Positions 49,072 through 60,189 of a stretch of 64,000 bases of DNA are shown in pieces (position 1 is the stretch's first letter; each line of letters begins with the position of its first letter). The stretch lies in the NCBI GenBank assembly GCA_963695095.1, contig CAVOFT010000001.1, forward strand, positions 672,001 through 736,000, in the 5' to 3' direction. Position numbers and translations under genes: made by a program. This DNA is from an uncultured bacterium (GTDB lineage: Bacteria > Krumholzibacteriota > Krumholzibacteriia > JACNKJ01). The notes below the pieces were generated by a model, which worked only from the letters and a program-made list of their open reading frames with translations, was not told the origin of the DNA and ran no database searches.

Positions 49072-49817
49072 CGGGGTCCGTCTCCGGCGCCCTCGGCCGC
49101 CGGTGCGGCGAGGATCTCGGCCAGGTGCAGGCCGCGAAAGGCGAGGCCCCGGCGGCGAGCGCGGCCCTCGAGCTGCAGCAGGCAGCTCACGTCCGTGAGG
49201 ACGAGGGTGTCCGTGCCCGCCGTGGCGAGGGCGGCCAGGCGCTCGTCGGCCATGGCTGCGGAGAGCTCGGGCAACTTCGCGGCGAAGACGCCGCCGAAGC
49301 CGCAGCACTCGTGCTCGGGACCGCCGGCGTCCACCAGCTCGAGACCCTCGACGGCGGCGAGCAGGCGACGCGGCGCCTCGGCCACGCCCAGCTCGCGCAG
49401 GGCGTGGCAGCCGTCCTGGAAGGCCACGCGCCCCGGCCAGCGGGCGCCGAGCTCGACCTGGCCGAGCACACCGACGAGGAAGTCGCTGAGCTCGTAGCAG
49501 CGCGGGGCGAGGGCCGCGAAGTCCGCTCGTTCGGCGGGGCTCAGGCCGGGCAGCTCCGGGTAGCGGCGGAGCATGGCCACGCAGCTCGCCGAGGGGCTGA
49601 CCACGCAGTCGGCCGCGCCGAAGCGGCGCAGGAAGTGCCGCGCGGCGGGCAGGGCCAGGTCGGGGTGCCCCGCGTTGGAGGCCGGCTGGCCGCAGCAGGT
49701 CTGCCCTGCGGGGTAGTGCCAATCCAGCCCCAGGCGCTCGAACAGCCTCGCGGTGGCGAGGCCGACCGCGGGCCGCAAGTGCTCTATGTAACAAGGAATG
49801 AAAAGCGCGGGGCGCAT
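49068..49817 (-). CDS. lutA: Lactate utilization protein A (CCG-domain Fe-S protein)
   Basis: LFIPC, QTCCGQP, SASC, DGCH, ECCGFGG.FA.K. Confidence 0.9.
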   Translation of the reverse strand: MRPALFIPCYIEHLRPAVGLATARLFERLGLDWHYPAGQTCCGQPASNAGHPDLALPAARHFLRRFGAADCVVSPSASCVAMLRRYPELPGLSPAERADFAALAPRCYELSDFLVGVLGQVELGARWPGRVAFQDGCHALRELGVAEAPRRLLAAVEGLELVDAGGPEHECCGFGGVFAAKLPELSAAMADERLAALATAGTDTLVLTDVSCLLQLEGRARRRGLAFRGLHLAEILAAPAAEGAGDGPR

Positions 49818-49973
49818 GGGCGCACTCTACATCCTCGGGCCGGCCGCCCGCCAGCGGGAAGCGCGGGCCGGCGGGGCGGCTTCGCATTGTCGCCGGCCGC
49901 CGAATTCTGATAAAATGGCCCTGTTCGCTCTGTTCTGCAACACTCGGGTCTACCCGCGATGGGAGGGGGAGTC

Positions 49974-52900
49974 ATGCGACGATTGGTCTTGCTGTCCGTC
50001 TTGCTGGCGCTCGTGGCCCTGCCGGCCGCAGCGCGGCAGGTGCTGCTGGCGAGCGGCGCCGAACCCTACGACGCTCGAACTGCTCTCGGCCACGCCGGAG
50101 CGCAGCGTGATCGAGCTGCAGGCTCAACCACTTCGACCTGGAGGCCGTGGCCATCGACGGCGCTTCCTGGGCGGAAGTGACGCTCGGGGGGCGCGCCCTG
50201 CACACGGAGCGGGGCCTGCCGGCCCTGCCCACCCTGCGCGAGTCGCTGGTCATCCCCGACGACGGCGTGATGGCCCTGCGCGTGCTCGGCGTCGAGTACA
50301 CCGAGCTGGCCGGCGTGGACGTGGCGCCCTCCAAGGGCCACATCCTGCGCAACATCGACCCGGCTTTGGTGGACTACGCCTTCGCCGACTTCTACCAGGA
50401 GGACGCCTGGTACCCGCGGGAGAGCGCTCGCCTGGAGACGCCCTACATCCTGCGCGACACGCGCGGCCTCGTCGTGGAGCTGAATCCCTTCCAGTACAAC
50501 CCGGCCACCCACACCCTGCGCGTGGCCACGCGGCTCACGGTGGAGGTGAGCCTGGCCGGTGCCGGCGGGGACAACGTGCTCACTCAGCGGCCCACGGCGC
50601 GCGTGGCGGAGTTCGAGCAGGTCTACGCGCGGCACTACCTGAACTACACGGCGCTGAACGGGCGCTACGCGAGCATCGGCGAGGTGGGCTCGATGCTGGT
50701 GATCTGCTACGACGCCTACGCGAGCGCGGCGCAGCCCTTCGTGGCCTGGAAGAACCAGCTCGGCATTCCGACCACGCTGGTCAACGTGAGCGCGGTGGGT
50801 TCGACGGGAGCGCAGATCAAGGCCTACATCCAGAACCTGTACAACACGAGTGACCTGACCTTCATCGTGCTCGTGGGCGACGCGGCCCAGGTGCCCTACT
50901 TCAGCAACGGCGGGGCGTCGGACCCGAGCTACGCCTTCCTGGCGGGCGGGGACAACTACCCGGACGCCTTCGTGGGCCGCTTCTCGGCGGAGACGCGTGG
51001 CCCAGGTGGAAACCCAGGTGACCCGTTCGATCGAGTACGAGCGCGACGCGCAGGCGGCGGCCTGGTATCCCAAGGGCGTCGGCATCGCCTCCTCCGAAGG
51101 CGCCGGCATCGGCGACGACGGCGAGGCGGACTGGCAGCACATGGACGTGATCCGCGGCAAGCTGCTGGGCTTCACCTACGACCAGGTGGACCAGATCTAC
51201 GCCACCAACGGCGGCACGGCGGCCATGGTGACGAGCGCCGTCAATGCCGGGCGCAGCGTCATCAACTACTGCGGGCACGGATCGATGACCACCTGGGTGA
51301 CGACGGGCTTCTCGAACACCCACGTGAACGCGCTGGTCAACGACAACAAGCTGCCCTTCATCATCAGCGTGGCCTGCAACAACGGCGAGTTCCAGAGCGG
51401 CACCTGCTTCGCCGAGGCCTGGCTGCGGGCCACGAACGGCGGCGAGCCGACGGGCGCGGTGGGCATGTACGCCTCGACGATCAGCATGAGCTGGGCGCCG
51501 CCGATGTGCGGCCAGGACGAGATCATCGACCTGCTGGTCGCCGAGGAGAAGCGCACCTACGGCGCGCTCTGCTTCAACGGCGCCTGCCAGATGAACGACG
51601 AGTACGGCGCCAGCGGCGAGAACGAGACGAAGTTCTGGACGATCTTCGGCGACCCCAGCCTGCGCGTGCGCACGGCGGCGCCGCAGGCCGTCGCGGTGGA
51701 CCACTTCGCGACCGTGGATCCGCTGATGCCCGGCTTCACCGTCACCACCGAACCCGGGCAACCTGGCCGCGCTGAGCTACCAGGGCCAGCCCATCGGCGC
51801 CGCCTTCGCGGATGCGAGCGGCACGGCCGTGGTGCCCTTCACCTACGGCCTGCCCACGCCGGGCAGTCGAGGTGACGCTCACGGTGAGCGGCTTCAACCG
51901 CTTCACGAGCGTGGAGCAGATCCTGGTCGGCGACGGCCTGGTGCCCACCTGCGAGGTGACGCCGGCCTCGTTCTTCAAGACGATGATGCCGGACCAGACG
52001 CAGACCGACTACCTGCACATCGCGAACAACGGGGAAGAGGGCTCCACCCTCTACTACAGCATCGCGCTCAGCGACCCGGACTTCCCGGCGGCCAAGCGCG
52101 CGGGTGGCGAGCGCAACATCGCCGGCTCCACGCTGGACGTCGATCTGGCCGGCTTCTACCCGGGCATGAGCTACGACGTGGTCTTCACCGCGCACTGCGT
52201 CTCGCCCGACAACGAGTGGATCAAGCTGGTGGACTTCGACCTGCCCGCCGGGGTCGTGCTCAACGCGGCCACGGCGATGACGGGCGGCACGGGCGGACCG
52301 ATGCCCTATGTCGGCGGCACCGGCGACGGCATCGCCGCCGGCTGGCACGGCACGAGTACCTACGGCAACATCTATCCCAACGAGAGCGGCACCGCGACGG
52401 TGAACCTCACCTTCGCCGGGGTGGCGAGCGACGTGGTGATTCCCTACACCATCACGGGCGACATCTGGGGCGGCGATCCGCACACCGTGAGCGGCGAGAT
52501 CGTGATCGGCATGCTCGGGCCGAACGTCACCGTGGTCGCGCCCAACGGCGGCGAACTCTGCGCGGTGGGCGAGACGGAGGCCATCCAGTGGGTGGCCGGC
52601 GGCGGCCCGGTGAACGTGAAGGTGGAACTCACCCGCGACGGCTTCACCTGGGAGACGCTGGCAGCCAGCCTGCCCGCGGGCTTCGGCGTCTACAACTGGC
52701 CGGTGACGGGGCCGATCACGCCCCACGCCCGCGTGCGCGTGAGCGACGTGGCGGACCCGCTGATCACCGATATCAGCAACGGCGAGTTCACGATCTTCCG
52801 CGAGATGACCTGGGTGCAGATGGCCACGATGAGCGGCACGGTGCCCGAGGGCGCGACGGTGGACCTGCCGGTCGTCTTCGACACGGCCGGCCTGCCGGAT

Positions 52901-53287
52901 GGGGTCTACCGCACGGACATCGCGATCAGCAGCAATGCGGGGAATCCGGTGATCGTGCCGGCCACCGTGACGGTGCTCTTCGATCCCACGGGCGTGGAGA
53001 CGGCGCCGGCGGCGCTCGTCCTGGCCCAGAACCACCCCAACCCCTTCAACCCGAAGACGACGATCAGCTTCAGCCTGCCCGCGGCGGGCGCGCTGCGGCT
53101 GGACGTCTTCGACGTGAGCGGGCGCCGCGTGACGACCCTGCTGGACGGCATGCAGCCGGCCGGCGCGCACCACGTGGTCTGGGACGGCCGTGACGGCAGC
53201 GGCGCCAGCCTGTCCTCGGGCGTGTACTTCTATCGCCTCGAGGCGGCCGGCGCGCGGATCGAGCGGAAGATGCTGCTCCTCAAATGA
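49974..53287 (+). CDS. Gingipain-like C25 cysteine peptidase with propeptide and C-terminal FlgD-Ig/T9SS-like domain (indels)
   Basis: Signal; propeptide (GLPALP, NPFQYNP); VGRFSA; YCGHGS and SVACNNG His/Cys dyad; CFAEAW; FGDPS; QNHPNPFN...SGVYFYRL..KMLLLK. Confidence 0.88.
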
Positions 53288-53292
53288 GCTCA

Positions 53293-53393
53293 CTCGCCTC
53301 TGCCCGCGCCCGAAACAACGGGCGCGGCGCAGAGGCGAGCTCGCTCACTCGGCAACAAGCACCCGGCGCGCATTGCGCGCCGGGTTTCGTGTT
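53293..53393 (+). terminator. Two tandem hairpins after the C25 gene
   Basis: CTCGCCTCTGC-CCGCGCCCG/CGGGCGCGG-C-GCAGAGGCGAG (53293-53339) and ACCCGGCGCGC/GCGCGCCGGGT followed by TTCGTGTT (53361-53393). Confidence 0.55.
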
Positions 53394-53711
53394 GCTGGCC
53401 CGCATTCGCCTCTGGTCTCGGCTCGCGAGACGCTCATCCGGGACTCGATCGGCCCCCATGTGGGAAACCTGCCCAAAAAGCGGAAGGGGATTGCCCCGGA
53501 AGTGGGCAAGACCGCATGCACGAGTCGGAATCCGGCGCCGCCAGCTTGACCCTGTGTTTCAGATCCGAGAGACTTCTTTGTGGAAGTCCATGGGTGGCGA
53601 AGGTGGTCGGCGGGAGAGTCCTCAACCCCATGCCCGAACCTCAGGTCGTCTTCTCCAATCCGTCGCGCGGCTTTCGATCTGAGCCAGCATCCAACCGGAG
53701 GAGTGAAGACT

Positions 53712-55496
53712 ATGAGACAGGTGCCCTTGGTTCTCGTCGCGCTCGGAGCTCTGCTCCTGGGCCTCAGTTGCAGCAGTGGAAGTGATCCCGCCGGACCGGG
53801 AGGGGATACTTCAGGGGTCGATGCCTACGTGGGCAGCCTGCCGGCCTGGGACACGGTCTCGCCACCGCTGGTGGCTCCCGGCATCGTGCAGGACGTGGCG
53901 ACCGGACCCGCGGTGATCGAGCTCGAGACCGGAGCGGCGGGCACCTTCGTCTGCAGCACCACGCCCCGCTCCATCGCCGCGACTCCCGCCGAGCTTACCA
54001 CCTTCGCTCCCGGCATCGAGGCGCTCTATGTCGGTTCGCTGATCCAGGGCAGCACCTACCTCGGCGGCCTGGAGACGATGCAGGAGCTGAACATCCGGCA
54101 GCGTGCGCCACTGGCCATCACGATCGATCTCCTCAACTACGACAACTCGGCCACGGTGACGGACCCCGACGCCCAGTCGGTGGGCGCGGCCGTCGGTGCG
54201 CTGATCCAGTCGGCCACCGACGCGGGTCATATAGCCGGCCGGAACATCACCTGGGATAAGAGCGAGTGCTACAGCCTCGAGCAGGGTCTTCTGCACCTGG
54301 GTTTCTCGGTCAAGTACGGGGCCGGGGCCGTATCTGGCGACCTCGAGTACTCGCAAACCGTGGAGGAGACTACGATCACGGCCTTCTTCAAGGACGAGAT
54401 GTTCAGGGTCACCATGGTCCAGCCGCAGACGCCGAGCGAGCTGTTCAGCGACGCGTTCACGCAGGAGAAGCTGGACGAGCAGATCGCCCTGGGCACGATC
54501 GGACCCAACAACTTGCCGGTCTATGTCTCCAGCATCGTCTATGGCCGCATCATGGTGATGACGATGACTTCCACCCACAGCGCGACGGAGATGAAGGCGG
54601 CCCTTTCAGCCAGCTACGGCGCCGTTGATGTCGAGCTCACTGGAGAGCATCTCGCAGTCCTCCAGAACTCGAGGATATCGATCCACACGGTGGGGGGATC
54701 GGCGGCGGCCGCCCAGGGCTTTATCGCCACGGGCAAACTCGGTGACTACTTCAAGGTCGACGACCCGCTCACCACGGCCAAGCCGCTCACCTACACCCTG
54801 CGTACCTTGGGGGGCAACCACGTCGCCTACGTGAGCGAGACCAATGCCTATGACGCCGTGGAATGCGCGGAAAACGTGGTCGACTACTACTACGACTACG
54901 ATCTCTGGCGCAACGCGATCCTCGCGATTGACGGCGAGATCTTCACGCAGTCGACAGCGAATCCGAATTTGAGGAAGGCCAACGAGGTCAATTCGGATCC
55001 CGCGAACAACGGTACCGTTTCCGCCGTGTTGACCTTCCCCGGCACGAGCACGGGCATGCCTCTGGACTTCGTCCTGCATTCCGTGCAGTCGGGATCCAAC
55101 GGCTTCACCTACAATGACAACGAGATGTCGTCGAATTACTATCCCATGCTCAGCGTCGGTGACGTCGACAACTATGAAAACGACGACTTCGAGGTCAAGA
55201 GTATCGCTGGAATTGCGACGGCGACCGTCTATGCGGTTGGGATCTATGTGGGCAACAATGATGAGGACAACGGGGAGTACCTCCGCGTCTATGGCGAGAG
55301 CGACTTGCTCCTCAAGGAATTCCCCAGGACCCAGCCTGGCTTTCCCGATGGCGGCTGGGACTTCATGGGTGTCGTTTCCGGTACGCCCATCACGCGCATC
55401 TACTTCAACGAGAGCGCCAATAGCGATGACATCTGCATCAAGGATCCCTGCTTCGGGGTGACCGAGGCCGAACTCAAGTTCGCGACCTGGCACTAG
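53712..55496 (+). CDS. Thiol-activated cytolysin family (CDC-like) lipoprotein
   Basis: Lipobox LGLSC; LYVGSLIQG, RAPLAITIDL, PVYVSSIVYGR, TVGGS, PLTYTL; no CDC undecapeptide; GGAGGAG RBS. Confidence 0.82.
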   Translation: MRQVPLVLVALGALLLGLSCSSGSDPAGPGGDTSGVDAYVGSLPAWDTVSPPLVAPGIVQDVATGPAVIELETGAAGTFVCSTTPRSIAATPAELTTFAPGIEALYVGSLIQGSTYLGGLETMQELNIRQRAPLAITIDLLNYDNSATVTDPDAQSVGAAVGALIQSATDAGHIAGRNITWDKSECYSLEQGLLHLGFSVKYGAGAVSGDLEYSQTVEETTITAFFKDEMFRVTMVQPQTPSELFSDAFTQEKLDEQIALGTIGPNNLPVYVSSIVYGRIMVMTMTSTHSATEMKAALSASYGAVDVELTGEHLAVLQNSRISIHTVGGSAAAAQGFIATGKLGDYFKVDDPLTTAKPLTYTLRTLGGNHVAYVSETNAYDAVECAENVVDYYYDYDLWRNAILAIDGEIFTQSTANPNLRKANEVNSDPANNGTVSAVLTFPGTSTGMPLDFVLHSVQSGSNGFTYNDNEMSSNYYPMLSVGDVDNYENDDFEVKSIAGIATATVYAVGIYVGNNDEDNGEYLRVYGESDLLLKEFPRTQPGFPDGGWDFMGVVSGTPITRIYFNESANSDDICIKDPCFGVTEAELKFATWH

Positions 55497-55573
55497 AAAC
55501 GCTCGCTTGCTTCCTCTCGCGCGCGAAAAAACGCGCGCGACCCGGAAGCAAGCTCGCTAGTATGGCAGAATGG

Positions 55574-55600
55574 AAGGGGGAGCCGCTTGGCTCCCCCTTT
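55574..55600. terminator. Hairpin terminator between convergent CDCL and pst operon
   Basis: AAGGGGGAGCC-GCTT-GGCTCCCCCTTT. Confidence 0.6.
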
Positions 55601-55651
55601 GTCGTTCTCGTGGGTTCGGTGCTGTGCGTTGCCGAGACGGCCCCTGACGCC

Positions 55652-56450
55652 TCAGCCGTAGCGGCCCTCGATGTAGTCCGCCGTCTCCTTGTGCCGCGGG
55701 CGTGACGAACATCGTCGTCCGTGTCCGCCGTGCTCGACGACCTTGCCCATCAGCATGAAGATGCACTCCTCGCTCGCCCGCCGGGCCTGGGCCATGTTGT
55801 GCGTCACGATGAGGATCGTGTACTCGCCCGCGCAGCTCCCAGATCAGCTCCTCGACCGCCTCGGTGGCCTTGGGGTCGAGCGCCGAGCAGGGCTCGTCCA
55901 TGAGCAGGACCGCGGGCTTGACCGGCAGCAGCCGCGCGATGCAGAGCTTCTGCTGCTCCTCGAGCGAGAGCGCGGTGGCCGTCGCGGTCGAGGCGGTCCT
56001 TGACCGTGTCCCAGAGCAGGACCTGTGCGCAGCGCGTCCTCGACGACCTCCTCGCGTCGCGCGCGTGGCCGCGGCCGGCCGCCGCGGGGTCGTGCAGCCG
56101 GTAGGCCGAAGAGCACGTTGTCGCGAATCGAGAGCGGCAGCGGGTTCGGCCGCTGGAAGACCATGCCGATCTGCTTGCGCACCTGCACGAGCTCGACGTC
56201 CGGCGTCGAGGATGTCCTGGCCCAGCACCTCGACGCTGCCCGTGGTGCGCACGTAGCCGAGGCGCTCGTTGATGCGGTTGACGCTGCGCAGCAGCGTCGA
56301 CTTGCCGCAGCCCGACGGGCCGATCAGCGAGGTGATGATGCCCTGCTTGATCTCCAGGTCGACGTCGAAGAGCGCCTGGAAGTCGCCGTACCAGAGGTTC
56401 AGCTCCCGCGTCTCGATGGCGAGGTCGCGTGCGCGGTCGCGGCTATCCAA
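55652..56450 (-). CDS. pstB: Phosphate ABC transporter ATPase, copy 2 (indels)
   Basis: [44 protein letters not shown]; signature is LSLEE. Confidence 0.85.
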
Positions 56451-57227
56451 AGCGGCCCTCCACGTAGTCGCGCGTGCGCGGGTCGCTCACCTCGCCGGTG
56501 AAGAGCTCCTCGGTGTCGCCGACCTCGACGCACTCGCCGCCGAGGAAGAAGGCCGTGCGGTCGGCCAGGCGCCGCGCCTGCTGCACCAGGTTCGTCACCA
56601 GGACGATGGTGATCTCGTGCTTCAGCTCCTTGAGCACGTCCTCGATGCGCATCGTGGTCACCGGATCGACGGCGATCGAGAACTCGTCGAGCAGCAGGAG
56701 GTCCGGCTCCTGGGACAGCGCCCGCGCGATGGTCAGGCGCTGCTGCTGGCCGCCCGAGAGCAGGCTGCCGAGCGAGCTCAGGCGGTCCTTGACCTCGTCC
56801 CAGAGCGCGGCGCGCCGCAGGCAGCGCTCGACGATCTCGTCGAGGTCGGCCCGCTTGCGTGACGCCGGCCAGGCGCGGCGCCAGCGCCACGTTGTCGTAG
56901 ACGGTCAGCGGCAGGCCGACCGGCAGCGGGAAGACGACGCCGATGCGGCGCCGCAGCGCGTAGAGGTTCCGCCAGTGCGCGCACGTCGCGGCCGTCGAGC
57001 TGGATGCGCCCCGTCGACGCGCATGCCGGGGGTGAAGACGTCCATGCGGTTGAGCGCGCGCAGGAACGACGTCTTGCCGCTGTTCGCCGGGCCGATGATG
57101 CCGAAGATCTCGCCTGCCCGGACCTCGAAGCTCACGCCCCGCCAGCGCCGGCATGCCGCCGTAGCGGATCGTCAGGTCGCGCACCGCGACCTTGACGGCG
57201 GGGGTCGGCTGCGGCCTCGCCTACCAC
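56443..57227 (-). CDS. pstB: Phosphate ABC transporter ATPase, copy 1 (indels; start approximate)
   Basis: [44 protein letters not shown]. Confidence 0.8.
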
Positions 57228-58100
57228 TTCTTCCTCCCCCGCAGGCACATCGCGGAAGGCGATCGAGAGCGGCGTTCATGAGCAGCACCATGGCCGATCA
57301 GCACGAGCGCCACGCCGTAGGGCAGCGCCTCCGGCACGTCCGGCACCTGGGTCGAGATGACGAACAGGTGCAGCGACAGCGCCATCGTCTGGTCGAAGAC
57401 GCTCTGCGGCAGGAAGGGCAGGAAGAAGGCCGCGCCGGTGAACATGATCGGCGCCGTCTCGCCGGCCGTGCGCGACACCTCGAGGATGACGCCGGTCAGG
57501 ATGCCGCTGATCGGAGTTGGGCAGCACGACCGTGCGGATCGTCTGCCAGCGCGTGGCGCCCATGTTCCAGCAGGCCTCGCGGAAGGCCTGCGGCACGGCC
57601 TGCAGCGACTCGCGCGTCGCCACGATCACGACGGGCAGGCGTCATGATCGCCAGCGTCAGGCTGGCGGCCAGGATGCTGGTGCCGAAGCGGAAGAAGAGC
57701 ACGAAGGCGCCGACGCCGAACAGCGCGTGCACGATCGAGGGCACGCCGGCCAGGTTGATGATCGCCAGGTTGATCGCGCGGGTGAGCCAGTTGTCCGGCG
57801 CGTACTCGCTGAGGTAGATCGCCGCCGCGACGCCGAGCGGCACCGAGGCCAGCAGCGCCACGGCCACCAGCCAGATCGTGCCGACCAGCGCGGGGAAGAT
57901 GCCGCCGGCCGTCATGCCGTTCGTCGGCTCGGTGAAGAGGAAGTCGGCGATGATCGCCGGCCCGCCCTTGACGACGAGCACGCCGAGGATGATCAGCACC
58001 GGCAGGATCAGCAGCACCGTCATCAGCAGGAAGAGCAGCGCGAACGAGCGCTCTGGCGGCGTGCGGTTGCGCGGCGTTGAGCGGCGGTGGCGTCGAACAT
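57221..58100 (-). CDS. pstA: Phosphate ABC transporter permease PstA (indels)
   Basis: GGIFPALVGT, AIYLSEY, NLAGVPSIV, SRTAGETAPI. Confidence 0.88.
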
Positions 58101-58103
58101 GGC

Positions 58104-59042
58104 CTAGCGTCCTGCGCACGCCGCGCACGACGAGGTCCGCGGTCAGGTTGATGACGAAGGTGACCAGGAACAGCAGGATGCCCAGCGTGAACAGGGCCCG
58201 GTAGTGGTCGGAGCCCATCGGCCGTCTCGCCCAGCTCGGCCGCGATCGTGGCCGTCAGCGCGCGCACCGAGTCGAAGACGCTGGTGGGCATGTTGATCGA
58301 GTGGCCGCTGGCCATCAGCACGGCCATCGTCTCGCCGAAGCCGCGACCGACGCCGAGCAGCACGGCGGCGACGAGCCCGTTCTTGCGCGGCCGGCAGCAC
58401 GACCCTGCCAGATCACCTGCCAGCGCGTGGCGCCCATCGCCTCGGCGGCCTCGCGGTAGCGTGTCGGGCACGGCCTTGAGCGCGTCCTCGGCGATGGTGG
58501 TCATGATCGGCGCCGCCATCAGCCCGAGGATGATGCCCGGCGTTGAGCACGTTGAGCCCGACCGGCACGTCGAAGAGCTCGATGATCAGCGGGTTCATGA
58601 TGCTGAGGCCGATGAAGCCCCAGACCACCGACGGGATGGCCGCCAGCAGCTCGACCAGCATCTTGAGGATCTCGCGCGTCTTGCCCGGTGGCGAACTCGG
58701 CGATGTAGATCGCCGCGCCCAGCGAGAAGGGCACGGCCACCAGCATGGCCAGGCCGGTGACGCTGGCCGTGCCGACGATCAGCGCCAGGGCGCCGTAGGT
58801 GGGGTTGTGCTCGGAGGTGGGCCGCCAGCTGCGTGGAGCCGAAGAACTCGCCGACGTCGAAGCGTGCCGGTGATGAAGCCGAAGCCCTCGCGCGTGATGA
58901 AGACGAAGATGCCGACGATGAAGACGATGGCCGAGATGCCGCCGACGAAGACGAGCACGCTGACGCCTCGTCGATCCACCAGGCGCCGTCGCGGCGGTCG
59001 AGGGCCGGCGGCAGCCGGCGCTCGGTGCGCCGCGCCGGCCAT
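58104..59042 (-). CDS. pstC: Phosphate ABC transporter permease PstC (indels)
   Basis: W.PTS, AIYIAE, VELLAAIPSVV, GRGFGETMAV, TATIAAELGE. Confidence 0.88.
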
Positions 59043-59044
59043 GC

Positions 59045-60153
59045 TCAGTCGGCCCCCTCGCCGCGCAGGACATCCATCAGGTCGCGGAGGCGGCGTGGCG
59101 AGTTCGCGATGGAGGGCGGCGAGCTGGTCGCGAGTCGGCGGCGTGTCCTCGCCGGGCGAGCCGACGTCCCAGTGCGAGCAGCACGGTGTGGAAGGGCAGC
59201 TCGGTGAGGCGCGCGCGCGCGTCGCCCTGCCAGGCTGACGATGACGTGGTAGCGCGGCCAGGGCGTCGTGGTCGGCCATGACGCCGCGGGGCGTGCGGCC
59301 CTCGCAGCTCGAGGCCGTGCGCGTCCATGAAGGCTGAGCGAGCGCGGCGTCCACGGTCGCGCCGGCGTCCCAGCCGGCGCTGTCGAAGTGGCCGCTGTCG
59401 GGGAAGGCCTTGCGCGCGAGCGCGGCGGCCAGCTGGCTCGACGCAGTCGTTCCGCTCGTCGAGGAAGAGGATCGTGTAGACCTTCGGCTGCTTGGTCTGC
59501 GCCGGTCACGGCGAAGATGGTCTCCTCGCAGATGTTCTTGCGCCTGGTCGGTGACGCGCTCGAGCCGGTAGAAGATGACCAGCAGGCGAAGAGGTCCTGC
59601 GATCGGCCGCGCCTGCTTCGGCGCCGTCGCGCAGGAGATCGCGCGAAGACGCTTGTCGAAAGCGTTGCGCGCGCCGACGGCCGCCATGGCGCACCGTCTC
59701 GCGCGCCGGTCGGCGTCGCCGTCGACGAAGGCTGGCGGCGCCTGGCTCGAGCATTCTGCGCGGCTGTGGCCGAGCATCAGCTCGATGTCGCGCGGCGACC
59801 GTCTTGGGCGGCGGCTTGGAGCAGCTGCAGCGGCCTCGCGGCGATCGAGCACGGCGTAGTCGCCGATGCGCTCGAGGGCCACGGTCAGGCGCAGCACCGC
59901 CGAGACGAAGCGCAGGTGCGCCGGCGCTCGGCAGGTGGCGGCGACGAAGCGTGGCAGAGCCGGTCGAGCTCGCGCGTCGCCCGGTTGATCGGGTGGTCCC
60001 CGAGGATGGTGCGCGAGGCCAGCTCGTCGATCGCCGCTGAGCAGGCCTGCGTGGCCTGGCGGATGCGCGGTGTCGATGAGCGCCTGCAGCGGCCAGCGAG
60101 CTGCCGCGGATCTCCTGGAGGTCGCGCTCGAGGCGTTCCTCGTAGTGGGACAT
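59045..60153 (-). CDS. phoU: PhoU regulator fused to degenerate LMW-PTP/ArsC-like domain (indels)
   Basis: SHYEERLERDL, ALERIGDYA, LERVTDQAKNICEE, then ILFLDERNDCxSQLA..FDSAG..HWDV. Confidence 0.75.
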
Positions 60154-60189
60154 GGTCTCCCCTGCCTGGTGGCCGCGCCGATCGGCGCG

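Noticed and set aside
43760..49817. Selenoproteins (in-frame UGA) among the Fe-S/redox genes, given selB
   Set aside because: Conserved Cys motifs are encoded as Cys; interruptions are indels, not UGA codons
53400..53711. Possible riboswitch or ncRNA in the leader of the CDC-like gene
   Set aside because: No recognisable conserved riboswitch motif by eye; an Infernal/Rfam scan would be needed
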